Assembly (NCBI GenBank): GCA_964352335.1
Contig: CAYGRO010000001.1
Location: 125,942-189,941, forward strand
DNA: 64,000 bases
Source of the DNA: an uncultured Gammaproteobacteria bacterium
GTDB lineage: Bacteria > Patescibacteriota > Patescibacteriia > VMEV01 > CAYQCH01
Direction of reading: 5' to 3'
Position numbers and translations under genes: made by a program. The notes under the pieces are model-generated. The model had not been told where the DNA came from. It was given only the letters and a program-made list of their open reading frames with translations, and did not search any database. Positions 19,192-27,724 of this stretch are shown in pieces. Numbering within the stretch: the first letter of the stretch is position 1; every line of letters starts with the position of its first letter.

Positions 19192-20580
19192 CTATTTGCC
19201 AAACTTCTCCCCCAAGTATCCTTTCAACTCTTCGATTTTAATCCGTTCTTGTTCCATGGTATCTCGGTCTCTTACCGTCACGGCTTGATCATCAAGTGTG
19301 TCGAAATCTACCGTAATACAATACGGTGTTCCAATTTCATCTTGCCGACGATATCGTTTCCCGATTGATTGAGTGATATCGAGCTCTGTTCGATAGCTTT
19401 TTGCTAATTGGTCCAGAATTTTTTGTGCTGGATCTACTAATTCATCTTTTTTAGATAATGGTAATACAGCTATCTGTATTGGTGCCATCTCTTTGGTGAA
19501 TTTCATAACTACCCGCTCGTCACCACCAACTTGCTCTTCTGTATATGCAGAAATAAGAATAGCTAACAATGTTCGGTCTACACCAAAAGTTGGCTCTATA
19601 ACATGTGGGGTAAATTTATTTGTATTATCGTCTGGATCTGTATAAATTAATTTTTCACCAGAATGTTCAGTATGATTTTTAAGATCAAAATCTGTTCGAT
19701 AAGCTAATCCCCAAAGTTCTTTTGTTCCAAAGGGAAATTCAAATTCAAAATCGATTGTTCGTTTTGAATAATGAGCCAAACTTTCTGCAGGTACTTCGTA
19801 ACGATGAAGTTTTTTTGTATCTACACCAATTTCTGCTGCCCAATTTTCCATCCATTTTGCCCATTCTTCAATTGAGCTTTCCCAATTTTCTTCTTTTAGG
19901 AAATATTCAATTTCCATTTGTTCGAACTCTAATGTTCGATACGTAAAATTCCCTGGAGTTATTTCATTTCGAAAAGCTTTTCCAATTTGAGCCATCCCAA
20001 ATGGAAGACGTTTTCTTGTCGTCTCTAAAACATTTTTAAAGTTTACAAACATCGCTTGTGCTGTTTCTGGACGCAAATAAACCGTCGTCTTGTCGTCCTC
20101 TGTTTTCCCGATTCCTGTTTCAAACATTAAATTAAATTGCTTGGCTTCACTCAAATCATTTCCGTCGGGGCTTTTAAGCTTATGTTCTTGAATGATTTTA
20201 TTAATGGCTTCAATTGGTTGGCCATCTACATTCATTTTCAATACTTCTTCAATTAAATGATCCGCTCGATAGCGTTTATGTGTTACGACATCTTCTACTA
20301 AAGGATCAGAAAAACCAGCCACATGACCAGATGCTTCCCAAACTTTTGGATTCATTAAAATAGCACCGTCTAAACCAACCATATCTTGACGTTGCTCGAC
20401 GACTTTATTCCACCAATTCTTTTTTAAATTCATGCGCATTTGCGCCCCCAAAGGACCGTAATCCCAAGAATTAGCAAGTCCTCCATAGATTTCGGACCCA
20501 GGGAAAATAAATCCACGACGTTTACAAAGCGAAATAATTTTATCCATCATATTTTTTCTAAAACATGGCACATGGTGCAT
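19192..20580 (-). CDS. glyQS: glycine--tRNA ligase (dimeric class II GlyQS type)
   Basis: Full-length match to GlyRS architecture and motifs. Confidence 0.9.
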   Translation of the reverse strand: MHHVPCFRKNMMDKIISLCKRRGFIFPGSEIYGGLANSWDYGPLGAQMRMNLKKNWWNKVVEQRQDMVGLDGAILMNPKVWEASGHVAGFSDPLVEDVVTHKRYRADHLIEEVLKMNVDGQPIEAINKIIQEHKLKSPDGNDLSEAKQFNLMFETGIGKTEDDKTTVYLRPETAQAMFVNFKNVLETTRKRLPFGMAQIGKAFRNEITPGNFTYRTLEFEQMEIEYFLKEENWESSIEEWAKWMENWAAEIGVDTKKLHRYEVPAESLAHYSKRTIDFEFEFPFGTKELWGLAYRTDFDLKNHTEHSGEKLIYTDPDDNTNKFTPHVIEPTFGVDRTLLAILISAYTEEQVGGDERVVMKFTKEMAPIQIAVLPLSKKDELVDPAQKILDQLAKSYRTELDITQSIGKRYRRQDEIGTPYCITVDFDTLDDQAVTVRDRDTMEQERIKIEELKGYLGEKFGK

Positions 20581-20689
20581 GATTCATTTCAATCATTTGA
20601 ATTAAAAATGGCCCCATGATCCATGTCTCATGAGACGTGATTTCTTTCTTCGAGTGTACCAATGAAAATGGGATGAGACAAGCCATCTA

Positions 20690-20718
20690 TTGACAAAAAT
20701 GAGCATTTATGATATTGT
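20690..20718 (+). promoter_or_regulatory. sigma70-like promoter, TTGACA-17-TATTGT
   Basis: Sequence match only. Confidence 0.35.
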
Positions 20719-20724
20719 CTTCAA

Positions 20725-21086
20725 ACGTTCGTAAAGAAGTGAGTTGTTGCGTTATTTGCTCAAAAAAGGAAACCCTGTCTCATTTGAGATGACTTCTGTC
20801 ATGAGAACTACCTCGTTGGTACTTCTCCAGATTCCGAGTAAAGACAAGACGAATCCTTTTGAACGAACCACCTTCTCCATTGCCTAAGAACAATCGAGAA
20901 GGGACAGACTTACTGCCGAGACGTTCACCCCCCTTAGAGAAGGAAATCCTCTCCCTGTTGGAGAAAAACACTGGTTGGTGTTAGGGAGATTCGTGAGCCT
21001 GGTCCCCAAGACCCGCTCATGTTGGGGTGTCGCAGTAAACCTCTGTTTCAGCGCCGTCGATTCATTTCGAGGGCGCTTTCTTTTTG
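20725..21086 (+). ncRNA. candidate non-coding transcript, about 360 nt, class unknown
   Basis: Promoter to terminator (agcgccgtcga-ttcatt-tcgagggcgct followed by TTTCTTTTTG). No ORF of 60 aa or more on this strand. GC elevated. Confidence 0.3.
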
Positions 21087-21391
21087 TAAAAAAACATTAA
21101 GGTAAATTGACAAAAACACCCACCAATGCTACATTATGAACACGAAGCAATTCGTTTCTCTCTCGTCTAGCTCCTCTCGCAGGTGCTTTTTTTTTGAGAG
21201 GAATACAATACATGAGTGAGCCGACGAGAAGTCCAAAACGTCAGTGCCTGAAGGTTGGAGTAACTATGTACTAGTCCGAAACTTGGTCGTAGTAATACGG
21301 CGGAGAAGTACGATACTAGCCCGTAACGGTACGTAGAGACAAAGACTGAACAAGCCCAGTATACATAACTGCTTGTTCGGCTCACTCGCCC

Positions 21392-21464
21392 GTGGATGTA
21401 GCTTAACAGGGAGAGCACGTCATCAAAAGTGACGAAGGTAGGGGTTCGAGACCCTTCATCCACA
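21392..21464 (+). tRNA. tRNA-like gene with non-canonical anticodon loop UCAAAAG (C33, anticodon AAA if read conventionally)
   Basis: Perfect 7-bp acceptor GTGGATG/CATCCAC. D-loop has A14, G18, G19, A21. Anticodon stem CGTCA/TGACG. T-arm AGGGG-TTCGAGA-CCCTT. Confidence 0.5.
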
Positions 21465-21472
21465 AACAACAA

Positions 21473-21546
21473 GCTCATATAGCTCAATTGGTTAGAGCAC
21501 GTCATTGATAACGACGAGGTTCAAGGTTCGAGTCCTTGTGTGAGTG
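21473..21546 (+). tRNA. tRNA-Ile (anticodon GAT)
   Basis: Cloverleaf with D-stem GCTC/GAGC, anticodon loop TTGATAA, T-arm CAAGG-TTCGAGT-CCTTG. Confidence 0.75.
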
Positions 21547-21689
21547 TAGAGACAGCCATTCGGATAGGTGGAAATCTTCTACCCCACGCCTATTGAGGTC
21601 GCCCCCTCACTGTCTCGCCTATTCTGACCCCTCGAATCGATGTTTACGCATTGGCTCGAGGGTTCTTCTTTTTGAAAAAAGTTAGAAAA

Positions 21690-21760
21690 CTAAAAAACTG
21701 AAAAGCTAAAAAACAGACAATTTTTTAGCTTTTCAGTTTTTTAGTTTTTTAGTTTTACTA
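21690..21760. terminator. AT-rich 26-bp perfect inverted repeat, bidirectional terminator between the tRNA operon and argS
   Basis: aactaaaaaactgaaaagctaaaaaa / cagacaa / ttttttagcttttcagttttttagtt. Confidence 0.5.
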
Positions 21761-23527
21761 TTACATCTCCTCTACAATTTCTATCCCTAATAACCAAAGT
21801 CCATTTTTAATGGTTTGAGCAACGGCTTTAGTTAAAGCAAGCTTATAAGAAGTTTGAGGATTCCCTTCTTCAATAATTTTTGTATTTCCATACCAAGAAT
21901 TATAGGTATGTGCTAAAAGCAATAAATAATTCGCAATATAATGAGAAGAATAATTCTTTAATGATTTTTCTACTTCTTCTGGCAACCGTAGAACAATTTT
22001 TTCTACTTCTGTTGTTTGCCAATCAGCTGGTAATTCGGCAATTGCTTGTAAGCCTAAACTTTCTGCTTTTCGTAACACAGATTTAGACCGAGCATAAGTA
22101 TATTGTAAATACGGACCAGTGTCTCCTTCAAACGAAAGGCTTTTTTCAAAATCAAAAATGATATCGCTACCAGCAGATTGGCTTAAAATAGAAAACTTGA
22201 TTGCAGCGATAGAAATTTTCATTGCAACTTCAGAATCTGAAACAGTATCTCGTGCCAAGACTTGTTCTTGTACCTGATTAATCAAATCTTCAGCTGCAAT
22301 AATACTCCCTGTTCGAGAAGACATTTTCCCACTTGGTAAACGTAACATTCCATGCCCAATATGCTTGGTTTTTTCTTGTAACTCTGGGTAAATAAAAGAC
22401 ATGGCTTTTAAGAGCACTTGAAAATACTGATTGATTTCATTCCCTGTCACTACAACCGAAAGATCATATGGATAGGTTTCGTATTTAATCTTTGCTAACC
22501 CTAATTCTTTGGCCTCATACGTTGGTAAGCCCTCTGCATTTTTAAAGACACGTGTATGAAGGTCATATTTTTCTCCAGGAAAAATAATAGCGCCTTTGCT
22601 TTCTTCAAAAATTCCTTTTTGTAAATATTCATCTACCAAAGCCATGCCTGTACTGGCAACTTTGCTTTCAAAAAAGTAGTAATCGAATTTTGTTCCAAGT
22701 ATTTTATATTGCAATTCAAAGTAATCAAGACTTACTAGTCTTCCCCATGCATATAAATCATTTAATGTTTCATCGCTTTGTTCGTAAACTTGTTTATTGA
22801 TTTTTTTGATTGCTTCTGAAACATTTTCTTCTCCTTCACTATAAGCGGTAGAACCTTTGGCATAGGCTTGGCCTAAATACACTACTTGTTCAGACAATGA
22901 TTTTTCTTTAGGGATATTTTCTACCCCCATCGCAATAATTCCCCAAAGTGATTTGGCCACATGCATACCAACATCGCCTTGATAACAAGCTCTTTTAATT
23001 TCTGCGCCAGACCATTCAATGATACGAGAAAAAGATTCTCCTAAAGTATTATTCATTAAATGTCCGATATGCAAAACCTTAAATGGGTTTGGATCTGTAT
23101 ATTCTACAATCGCTTTTTTCTTTTCTAAGAGAGTGTTCTTTCCAAAGTTTTCGTCGATCGTTTGTAAATTTGTACTAAAAACTTCTGGTAAAATTGTAAG
23201 ATTAATAAACCCAGGACCAGCAACTTCCATTTTATCTACTATGGAATGTAATTCTTTATGATGAGATAAAGAAGCAATAATTTCTTCTGCAATCTCTCTT
23301 GGATTTCTGCCTAATTGTTTAGCCAATTTCATCGCAACTGTTAAAGCGTAATCCCCATGCGTTAAATCTGCTGGATGTTCTAAAACAAAATTAATCTCCG
23401 CTTCTGGATAAAGCGTTTTTAAAACCTGATCAATGATTATTGATAATTGCTGATTGATCTTCATATACGTTGATACTAGCAATACTTCTCTAAAAAATGA
23501 AGACGGCCCCAAGTCCAGGAAGGACAA
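21761..23527 (-). CDS. argS: arginine--tRNA ligase
   Basis: Class I HIGH region (PNPFKVLHIGHLMN) and C-terminal DALR domain. Confidence 0.9.
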   Translation of the reverse strand: MSFLDLGPSSFFREVLLVSTYMKINQQLSIIIDQVLKTLYPEAEINFVLEHPADLTHGDYALTVAMKLAKQLGRNPREIAEEIIASLSHHKELHSIVDKMEVAGPGFINLTILPEVFSTNLQTIDENFGKNTLLEKKKAIVEYTDPNPFKVLHIGHLMNNTLGESFSRIIEWSGAEIKRACYQGDVGMHVAKSLWGIIAMGVENIPKEKSLSEQVVYLGQAYAKGSTAYSEGEENVSEAIKKINKQVYEQSDETLNDLYAWGRLVSLDYFELQYKILGTKFDYYFFESKVASTGMALVDEYLQKGIFEESKGAIIFPGEKYDLHTRVFKNAEGLPTYEAKELGLAKIKYETYPYDLSVVVTGNEINQYFQVLLKAMSFIYPELQEKTKHIGHGMLRLPSGKMSSRTGSIIAAEDLINQVQEQVLARDTVSDSEVAMKISIAAIKFSILSQSAGSDIIFDFEKSLSFEGDTGPYLQYTYARSKSVLRKAESLGLQAIAELPADWQTTEVEKIVLRLPEEVEKSLKNYSSHYIANYLLLLAHTYNSWYGNTKIIEEGNPQTSYKLALTKAVAQTIKNGLWLLGIEIVEEM

Positions 23528-23562
23528 GGGGCACGACTTGTGCGTCTCGTTGGTCTACTGAC

Positions 23563-23967
23563 CTAGAGCGAATCGCCCGGATCTCGGCTACGGCCAGAGA
23601 TGTCGATCTGGATGTACCGGATGACACTGAGCGGGATGCGAAAGCGACGACGAATGAGCACGGTACTTCCTACCTGCTCTGCAGGGAAGTCCTTGATCAT
23701 CGCACCGAAGCCACCTGGCGTGCACTCAGCTTCCTTGATCGAGTCGAGTGTCTCCCACTTCCCTCGACGGTTGGGGTTGATGGTCAAGACCAGAATGATC
23801 TGGCCCTGCGCCGTCCCTTCGTGGTCTGGCACGAGAGTGATGCTCTCGATATAGGGTGAACGAAAGAGTTCCCCTGTCACTAGACGACCGACCTCTTCTA
23901 AGGTCTTGCCATGCACGATGGCCAACTGCTTTTCATGCTTCACGATAACTTGGTCCGAACCCGACAT
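23563..23967 (-). CDS. hypothetical protein; high-GC cassette directly upstream of argS
   Basis: GC about 57%. GGGGAGGG upstream of ATG. Confidence 0.4.
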   Translation of the reverse strand: MSGSDQVIVKHEKQLAIVHGKTLEEVGRLVTGELFRSPYIESITLVPDHEGTAQGQIILVLTINPNRRGKWETLDSIKEAECTPGGFGAMIKDFPAEQVGSTVLIRRRFRIPLSVIRYIQIDISGRSRDPGDSL

Positions 23968-24015
23968 ATGCCCTCCCCAGGCTTGTTTGTTTTTTCCTCA
24001 CCACAAAAACGGATT

Positions 24016-24159
24016 TTATGATGAGATCTTACGACGTTTCTCCATGAGCTTAGTTGCCACCACCAGAATACTTGCTCCACATAGCGCAATGCTAATACAA
24101 ACCAAGTCTCCGATGAAGGCACGAAAAGAAGGTTCTGTCTGACCCTCTTGATCTGACAT
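24016..24159 (-). CDS. small single-TM protein, 47 aa (MSDQEGQTEPSFRAFIGDLVCISIALCGASILVVATKLMEKRRKISS)
   Basis: AGAGGAG RBS 5 nt before ATG. High GC. Shorter than the track ORF 24016..24234. Confidence 0.35.
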   Translation of the reverse strand: MSDQEGQTEPSFRAFIGDLVCISIALCGASILVVATKLMEKRRKISS

Positions 24160-24227
24160 AACTCCTCTTTTCTTGATTACGAGATACTTATTTATAGCGT
24201 ATATATACAGGTAGAACAAGGCTTGTG

Positions 24228-24256
24228 TTGACAAAAACCAATATTTATTGTATTAT
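24228..24256 (+). promoter_or_regulatory. sigma70-like promoter TTGACA-17-TATTAT for smpB
   Basis: The -10 element lies inside the track ORF start (24248). This supports ATG 24269 as the true smpB start. Confidence 0.5.
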
Positions 24257-24268
24257 TATCCTAATTCT

Positions 24269-24712
24269 ATGCCTACATTAGCCGTAAATAAAAAAGCCCG
24301 ATTTGACTATGAAATCCTCGAAACTTATGAGGCTGGCTTAGTATTGACGGGTCAAGAAGTAAAGTCGGCGAAAAAAGGACGAATCAATTTAAAAGGAAGC
24401 TATGTAACTTTGACCAATGGAACAGCGAGTGTTTTGAATATGCATATTTCAAAATATGAGAAAGCAGGACATTTACCTGACTATAAACCTGACCGAACAA
24501 GATTATTGCTTTTGCATAAAAAAGAAATGATCAAGCTCATGGGAAAAAAAGATGAACAAGGACTTACATTAGTTCCGATTAAAGTGTATACAAAAAGAAA
24601 TAAAATCAAATTAGAATTTGGACTTGGTCGCGGGAAGAAAAAATACGACAAGCGACAAGATCTTAAAGACAAGGATATTAAAAAAAGAATGAAACGAGAT
24701 TATGGGGTTTAA
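24269..24712 (+). CDS. smpB: SsrA-binding protein
   Basis: MPTLAVNKKARFDYEIL ... C-terminal basic tail. Confidence 0.85.
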   Translation: MPTLAVNKKARFDYEILETYEAGLVLTGQEVKSAKKGRINLKGSYVTLTNGTASVLNMHISKYEKAGHLPDYKPDRTRLLLLHKKEMIKLMGKKDEQGLTLVPIKVYTKRNKIKLEFGLGRGKKKYDKRQDLKDKDIKKRMKRDYGV

Positions 24713-24831
24713 TTGTTACAACTGACAATTGACCACTGACAACGGACTGATTCCCCTTCTCGCAACGGAGTTGATTCTATTTCTAGATCAAGATTCTAGA
24801 CTTAGAGTGCGACTGCGTCGCGGGGATGCCG

Positions 24832-25220
24832 GGAATCGATAGGAGGATTCTTTAACAACAAGGCATGTCGAGGTTGATAGATTTTCCTCGTAAATACAGA
24901 TCTATCTAATGATAAGTGCAAAAACACTTACACGCGCTAAAAACGTTCTTGCTAATGCATTTTCGTTCAGCGCGGTTCCAGTTTTAGCCTAAGCGCTTAA
25001 AACTCATCGACTCTCTGACGTCTTCTAGGAGTCAGTCGGTGCCATATCAGAAGACTGGGTTACATTTGTTCCCTCACTTGTAACTAAGAAAATTGGGATA
25101 AGGATTCTGTCATTTTGTTTGTCTTAAGGCAGCATCCCGAAAATTTAGGACAAACTAAACATGTAGTCTTCTTGATTAAAACCTAACTACACGGGGGTTC
25201 AACTCCCCCCATCTCCACCA
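24832..25220 (+). ncRNA. ssrA: transfer-messenger RNA (tmRNA)
   Basis: 5' GGGGAUGCCGGGAAUCGAUAGG and 3' GGGGGUUCAACUCCCCCCAUCUCCACCA. G3:U70 acceptor pair. Located immediately downstream of smpB. Candidate tag ORF ends ...AVPVLA followed by UAA. Confidence 0.8.
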
Positions 25221-25221
25221 G

Positions 25222-25250
25222 AAAACACCTTCGCTTGAAGGTGTTTTTTG
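25222..25250 (+). terminator. rho-independent terminator after ssrA
   Basis: aaaacacctt-cgcttg-aaggtgtttttt. Confidence 0.6.
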
Positions 25251-25805
25251 TATCCCCTATTGACACTCCGCCTTTTTTATAGTATCGTACACAGTCGCAA
25301 AACCAAGGAGGGTACTATGCGATTATAGAGGTTTGCTCCCGGTAAGTTCTCCCCGGTGAGTAAAAACCAAAACAAGCACATCCATCACCCCCTCATACCG
25401 CGCTGCGGACTGAGGGCACCAAGCTACCGCTGTCTTAGTGACAATTAGCCGAAGAGGTGTAGAGACACCTGCGGTAGCTATCCCACCTGTGAGAACCCGA
25501 TTGGTTGAGTCGGAGGCGGCATGTAGTCTCTCATTTCTGCAAAGTGCAGAATGCAATCATGCCATAACGGTTGCTAGATCCTGGGCCACCTCGAATAGAG
25601 CCTTTGCGAAAGGAACCATTCGTGCGGAATTGATCACCGCTACGAATATCGAGCCCCAGTAAAACGCGATTGTCAGATCATGCGCGAGTGTCGCAGTAAA
25701 TGGGCCAGTCTATCTTTCACAGATAGACTGGCCCCGGATGTAAGTGGTTCATACTGAACCATTTACATCCGGAACGCCAAACAAGAACAGAATGAGAGTC
25801 ATCGA

Positions 25806-26168
25806 GTGCAGACACCAGCAAACCAGAAAAACGACGAGCTGCGGAAGAGGTTGTACATCGTCTACCTAAGCTGGATGATCAACATCCTCCTCAGGGAGAA
25901 TCACCCTGAGGACTCCATCACTCCAATCAAGCGCCAGATGGAGAAGGCCCTCAAGACCCGCGAGCTCGAGGAACAACTCAAGGAACTGGGCAGCGTCTTC
26001 GATGAGTGCTACGGCATTTTCAAGAAGACGTTCTACAACCTCAACCGGTATCAACCACCGGAGTTCGCCCGAGAGGTGGCCATGAACGACAACAATCTCG
26101 AGCGAGGAGGCCTCGTCCTCCAGATCGAGCGAGCGAAAGAGCTGGATCTCTTCACTCGACTCAACTAA
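25806..26168 (+). CDS. hypothetical protein; high-GC cassette with a long structured 5' leader
   Basis: GC about 55%. No family recognised. Confidence 0.35.
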   Translation: MQTPANQKNDELRKRLYIVYLSWMINILLRENHPEDSITPIKRQMEKALKTRELEEQLKELGSVFDECYGIFKKTFYNLNRYQPPEFAREVAMNDNNLERGGLVLQIERAKELDLFTRLN

Positions 26169-26217
26169 ATCGCCCACCCAGCACCAGGGTCTGAGCATAG
26201 TGCTCAACAAGGACTCA

Positions 26218-26925
26218 TCATGGTGCTAGCGGTGGGTTTTTGTTTTGTTTTTTTAAATTTTGCAAATCTTCATTCCATTTGTTTACATTGTTAATGATAT
26301 ATCTCCTCGCATTAAATAAATGGGTTTCATTTCGAATAATTGTTTCATGATAATTTCGTTGCCATATTATTCCATCAAATCCAGACAACCGAGCCTCACG
26401 CGTAACCGCAGATTTATATGACCGAATAATGGCCGATAATGAACCAGGTTTAATCACGCCATATGCCGGCACACACCCCACCCGGGAATGATTCGTACGC
26501 CAACGGCGACGGAGGGGCGCAGCATGCTGCGCCCCTCCGTCGCCGTTGGCGTCATCGGGTTTGGCGCGTGGGGTGTGTGCCGGCTGGTGATCAACATGAT
26601 TCTTGATATGAATCATCGCATGCACATGGTCGGGCATGATAATAAATTCATCAACAACAACATTTGGAAAATGGTTCGGTATTTCTTGTAAAAACCTTTC
26701 TGCAATTTCACCATATTTTGATAAATTCATTTTGCCGTTTTTTATGTGACCAAATAACCTTAATCGATCTTTGGTACAAATCGTGACAAAATAATATCCG
26801 ATCGAACAATAATCATGCATTCGTAACCGAATTGATCTTCTCCCACCATCTCGCATAAAAAATACCCCACAGCAATAGCATTGATGTGAGGTGCTTATAT
26901 TATACCATACCCATTGACACCCCAC
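26218..26925 (-). CDS. REP-associated tyrosine transposase (RAYT) / IS200-like Y1 HuH transposase
   Basis: Motifs YCSIGYYFVTICTKDR, HuH MPDHVHAMIH and catalytic Tyr region IWQRNYHETIIRNE...YIINN. The true start is probably internal (MRDGG... or MHDYC...). Confidence 0.7.
   Translation of the reverse strand: MGCQWVWYNISTSHQCYCCGVFFMRDGGRRSIRLRMHDYCSIGYYFVTICTKDRLRLFGHIKNGKMNLSKYGEIAERFLQEIPNHFPNVVVDEFIIMPDHVHAMIHIKNHVDHQPAHTPRAKPDDANGDGGAQHAAPLRRRWRTNHSRVGCVPAYGVIKPGSLSAIIRSYKSAVTREARLSGFDGIIWQRNYHETIIRNETHLFNARRYIINNVNKWNEDLQNLKKQNKNPPLAP
26464..26588. repeat. GC-rich perfect palindrome embedded in-frame in the RAYT gene
   Basis: Outer gccggcacacaccccac / gtggggtgtgtgccggc. Inner 52-bp perfect palindrome gccaacggcgacggaggggcgcagcatgctgcgcccctccgtcgccgttggc. 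It carries the same CCCCTCC/GGAGGGG arms as the intergenic REP-like family. Confidence 0.6.
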
Positions 26926-26985
26926 TCTTTTTTTATTCCACCCCCCAATGATAAAATATCCACACTAACCCTTAACCATATCCCT

Positions 26986-27132
26986 ATGTTCTTATTCGAC
27001 GGAGAAGGAGCTTCTTGCTCTGGAGACGGTGGATCTTGTTCTGGTGAAGAACACAAAGAAGAAGGAATGGAATCTGCAGAAGGTGAAGAAGCAGGTTCTT
27101 GCGAAGGTGGATCTTGTGGTGGAGGTGAATAG
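26986..27132 (+). CDS. small Cys/Gly/Glu-rich repeat peptide, 48 aa (MFLFDGEGASCSGDGGSCSGEEHKEEGMESAEGEEAGSCEGGSCGGGE)
   Basis: Internal start of track ORF 26914..27132. Four GSC/ASC repeats. Native AT-rich third-position codon usage. No obvious SD. Confidence 0.3.
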   Translation: MFLFDGEGASCSGDGGSCSGEEHKEEGMESAEGEEAGSCEGGSCGGGE

Positions 27133-27162
27133 TTTTCACTTCATAGATCTAGAAAAGAGCTT

Positions 27163-27588
27163 ATGATAAGCTCTTTTCTTTTTGGAAAAAATACGGCAAA
27201 CTATTTTTATATGGATACATCAAATTTTTCTCCCACATTAGAAGAAGTTGACAATTACCCAAGCCCCGAAATGCTTATCCCGCGTATTGCAAAAGAACAT
27301 GGGTATTCACAAGATGATGCGACCAACTTATTGAAAGAAGCAAAGCGAATGTTGTATTTAAGTGTGCGAACCAAATCTCGCATTTCCCCCTCTATTAAAG
27401 TAGACGATGCTTGGCATGAAATGCTTATGTTTACTCGTTATTATAAAGAGTTTTCAGAATTCATCGGCGGATTTATTCACCATGACCCAACACCAGGACC
27501 GCCAGATGGAGGAAAAACCTATAAAGCGACTAAAGAAAATTACGAACAAACCTTTGGAATACAACCAGACCCTCGCTATTGGCGCTAA
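27163..27588 (+). CDS. DUF1399 (GRDP-like) domain protein; likely start at 27211 (MDTSNF...)
   Basis: Signature D-AWH-x2-L-x5-Y ... GGFIHHDP. Confidence 0.5.
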   Translation: MISSFLFGKNTANYFYMDTSNFSPTLEEVDNYPSPEMLIPRIAKEHGYSQDDATNLLKEAKRMLYLSVRTKSRISPSIKVDDAWHEMLMFTRYYKEFSEFIGGFIHHDPTPGPPDGGKTYKATKENYEQTFGIQPDPRYWR

Positions 27589-27592
27589 TCCT

Positions 27593-27620
27593 TGCAATTT
27601 TAAAGCTTTTATCCTATAAT
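27593..27620 (+). promoter_or_regulatory. sigma70-like promoter TTGCAA-16-TATAAT plus structured leader of the infC-rpmI-rplT operon
   Basis: Consensus elements. The leader hairpin caatgg-ttttag-ccattg could be an L20 autoregulatory site. Confidence 0.5.
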
Positions 27621-27724
27621 CCTATCAACCCTAAAAGACGGGGTTGTTTTCAATCTCAATGGTTTTAGCCATTGAATGCCATTTTCTCTACAAGAGAAGA
27701 TATTGGCTAACTTAAGCACAAAAA

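Noticed and set aside
21167-21505. 112-aa minus-strand ORF
   Set aside because: It overlaps two tRNA genes and a stem-closed structured element.
21690-21760. AT-rich ctgaaaagctaaaaaa repeats as a CRISPR array
   Set aside because: The repeats are inverted, not direct, there are no unique spacers, and no cas genes are present. They behave as bidirectional terminators or IR flanks.
24248-24268. Track start of smpB at 24248 (MYYYPNS...)
   Set aside because: The -10 box of the smpB promoter lies at 24251..24256, so translation must start at ATG 24269 (MPTLAVNKK).
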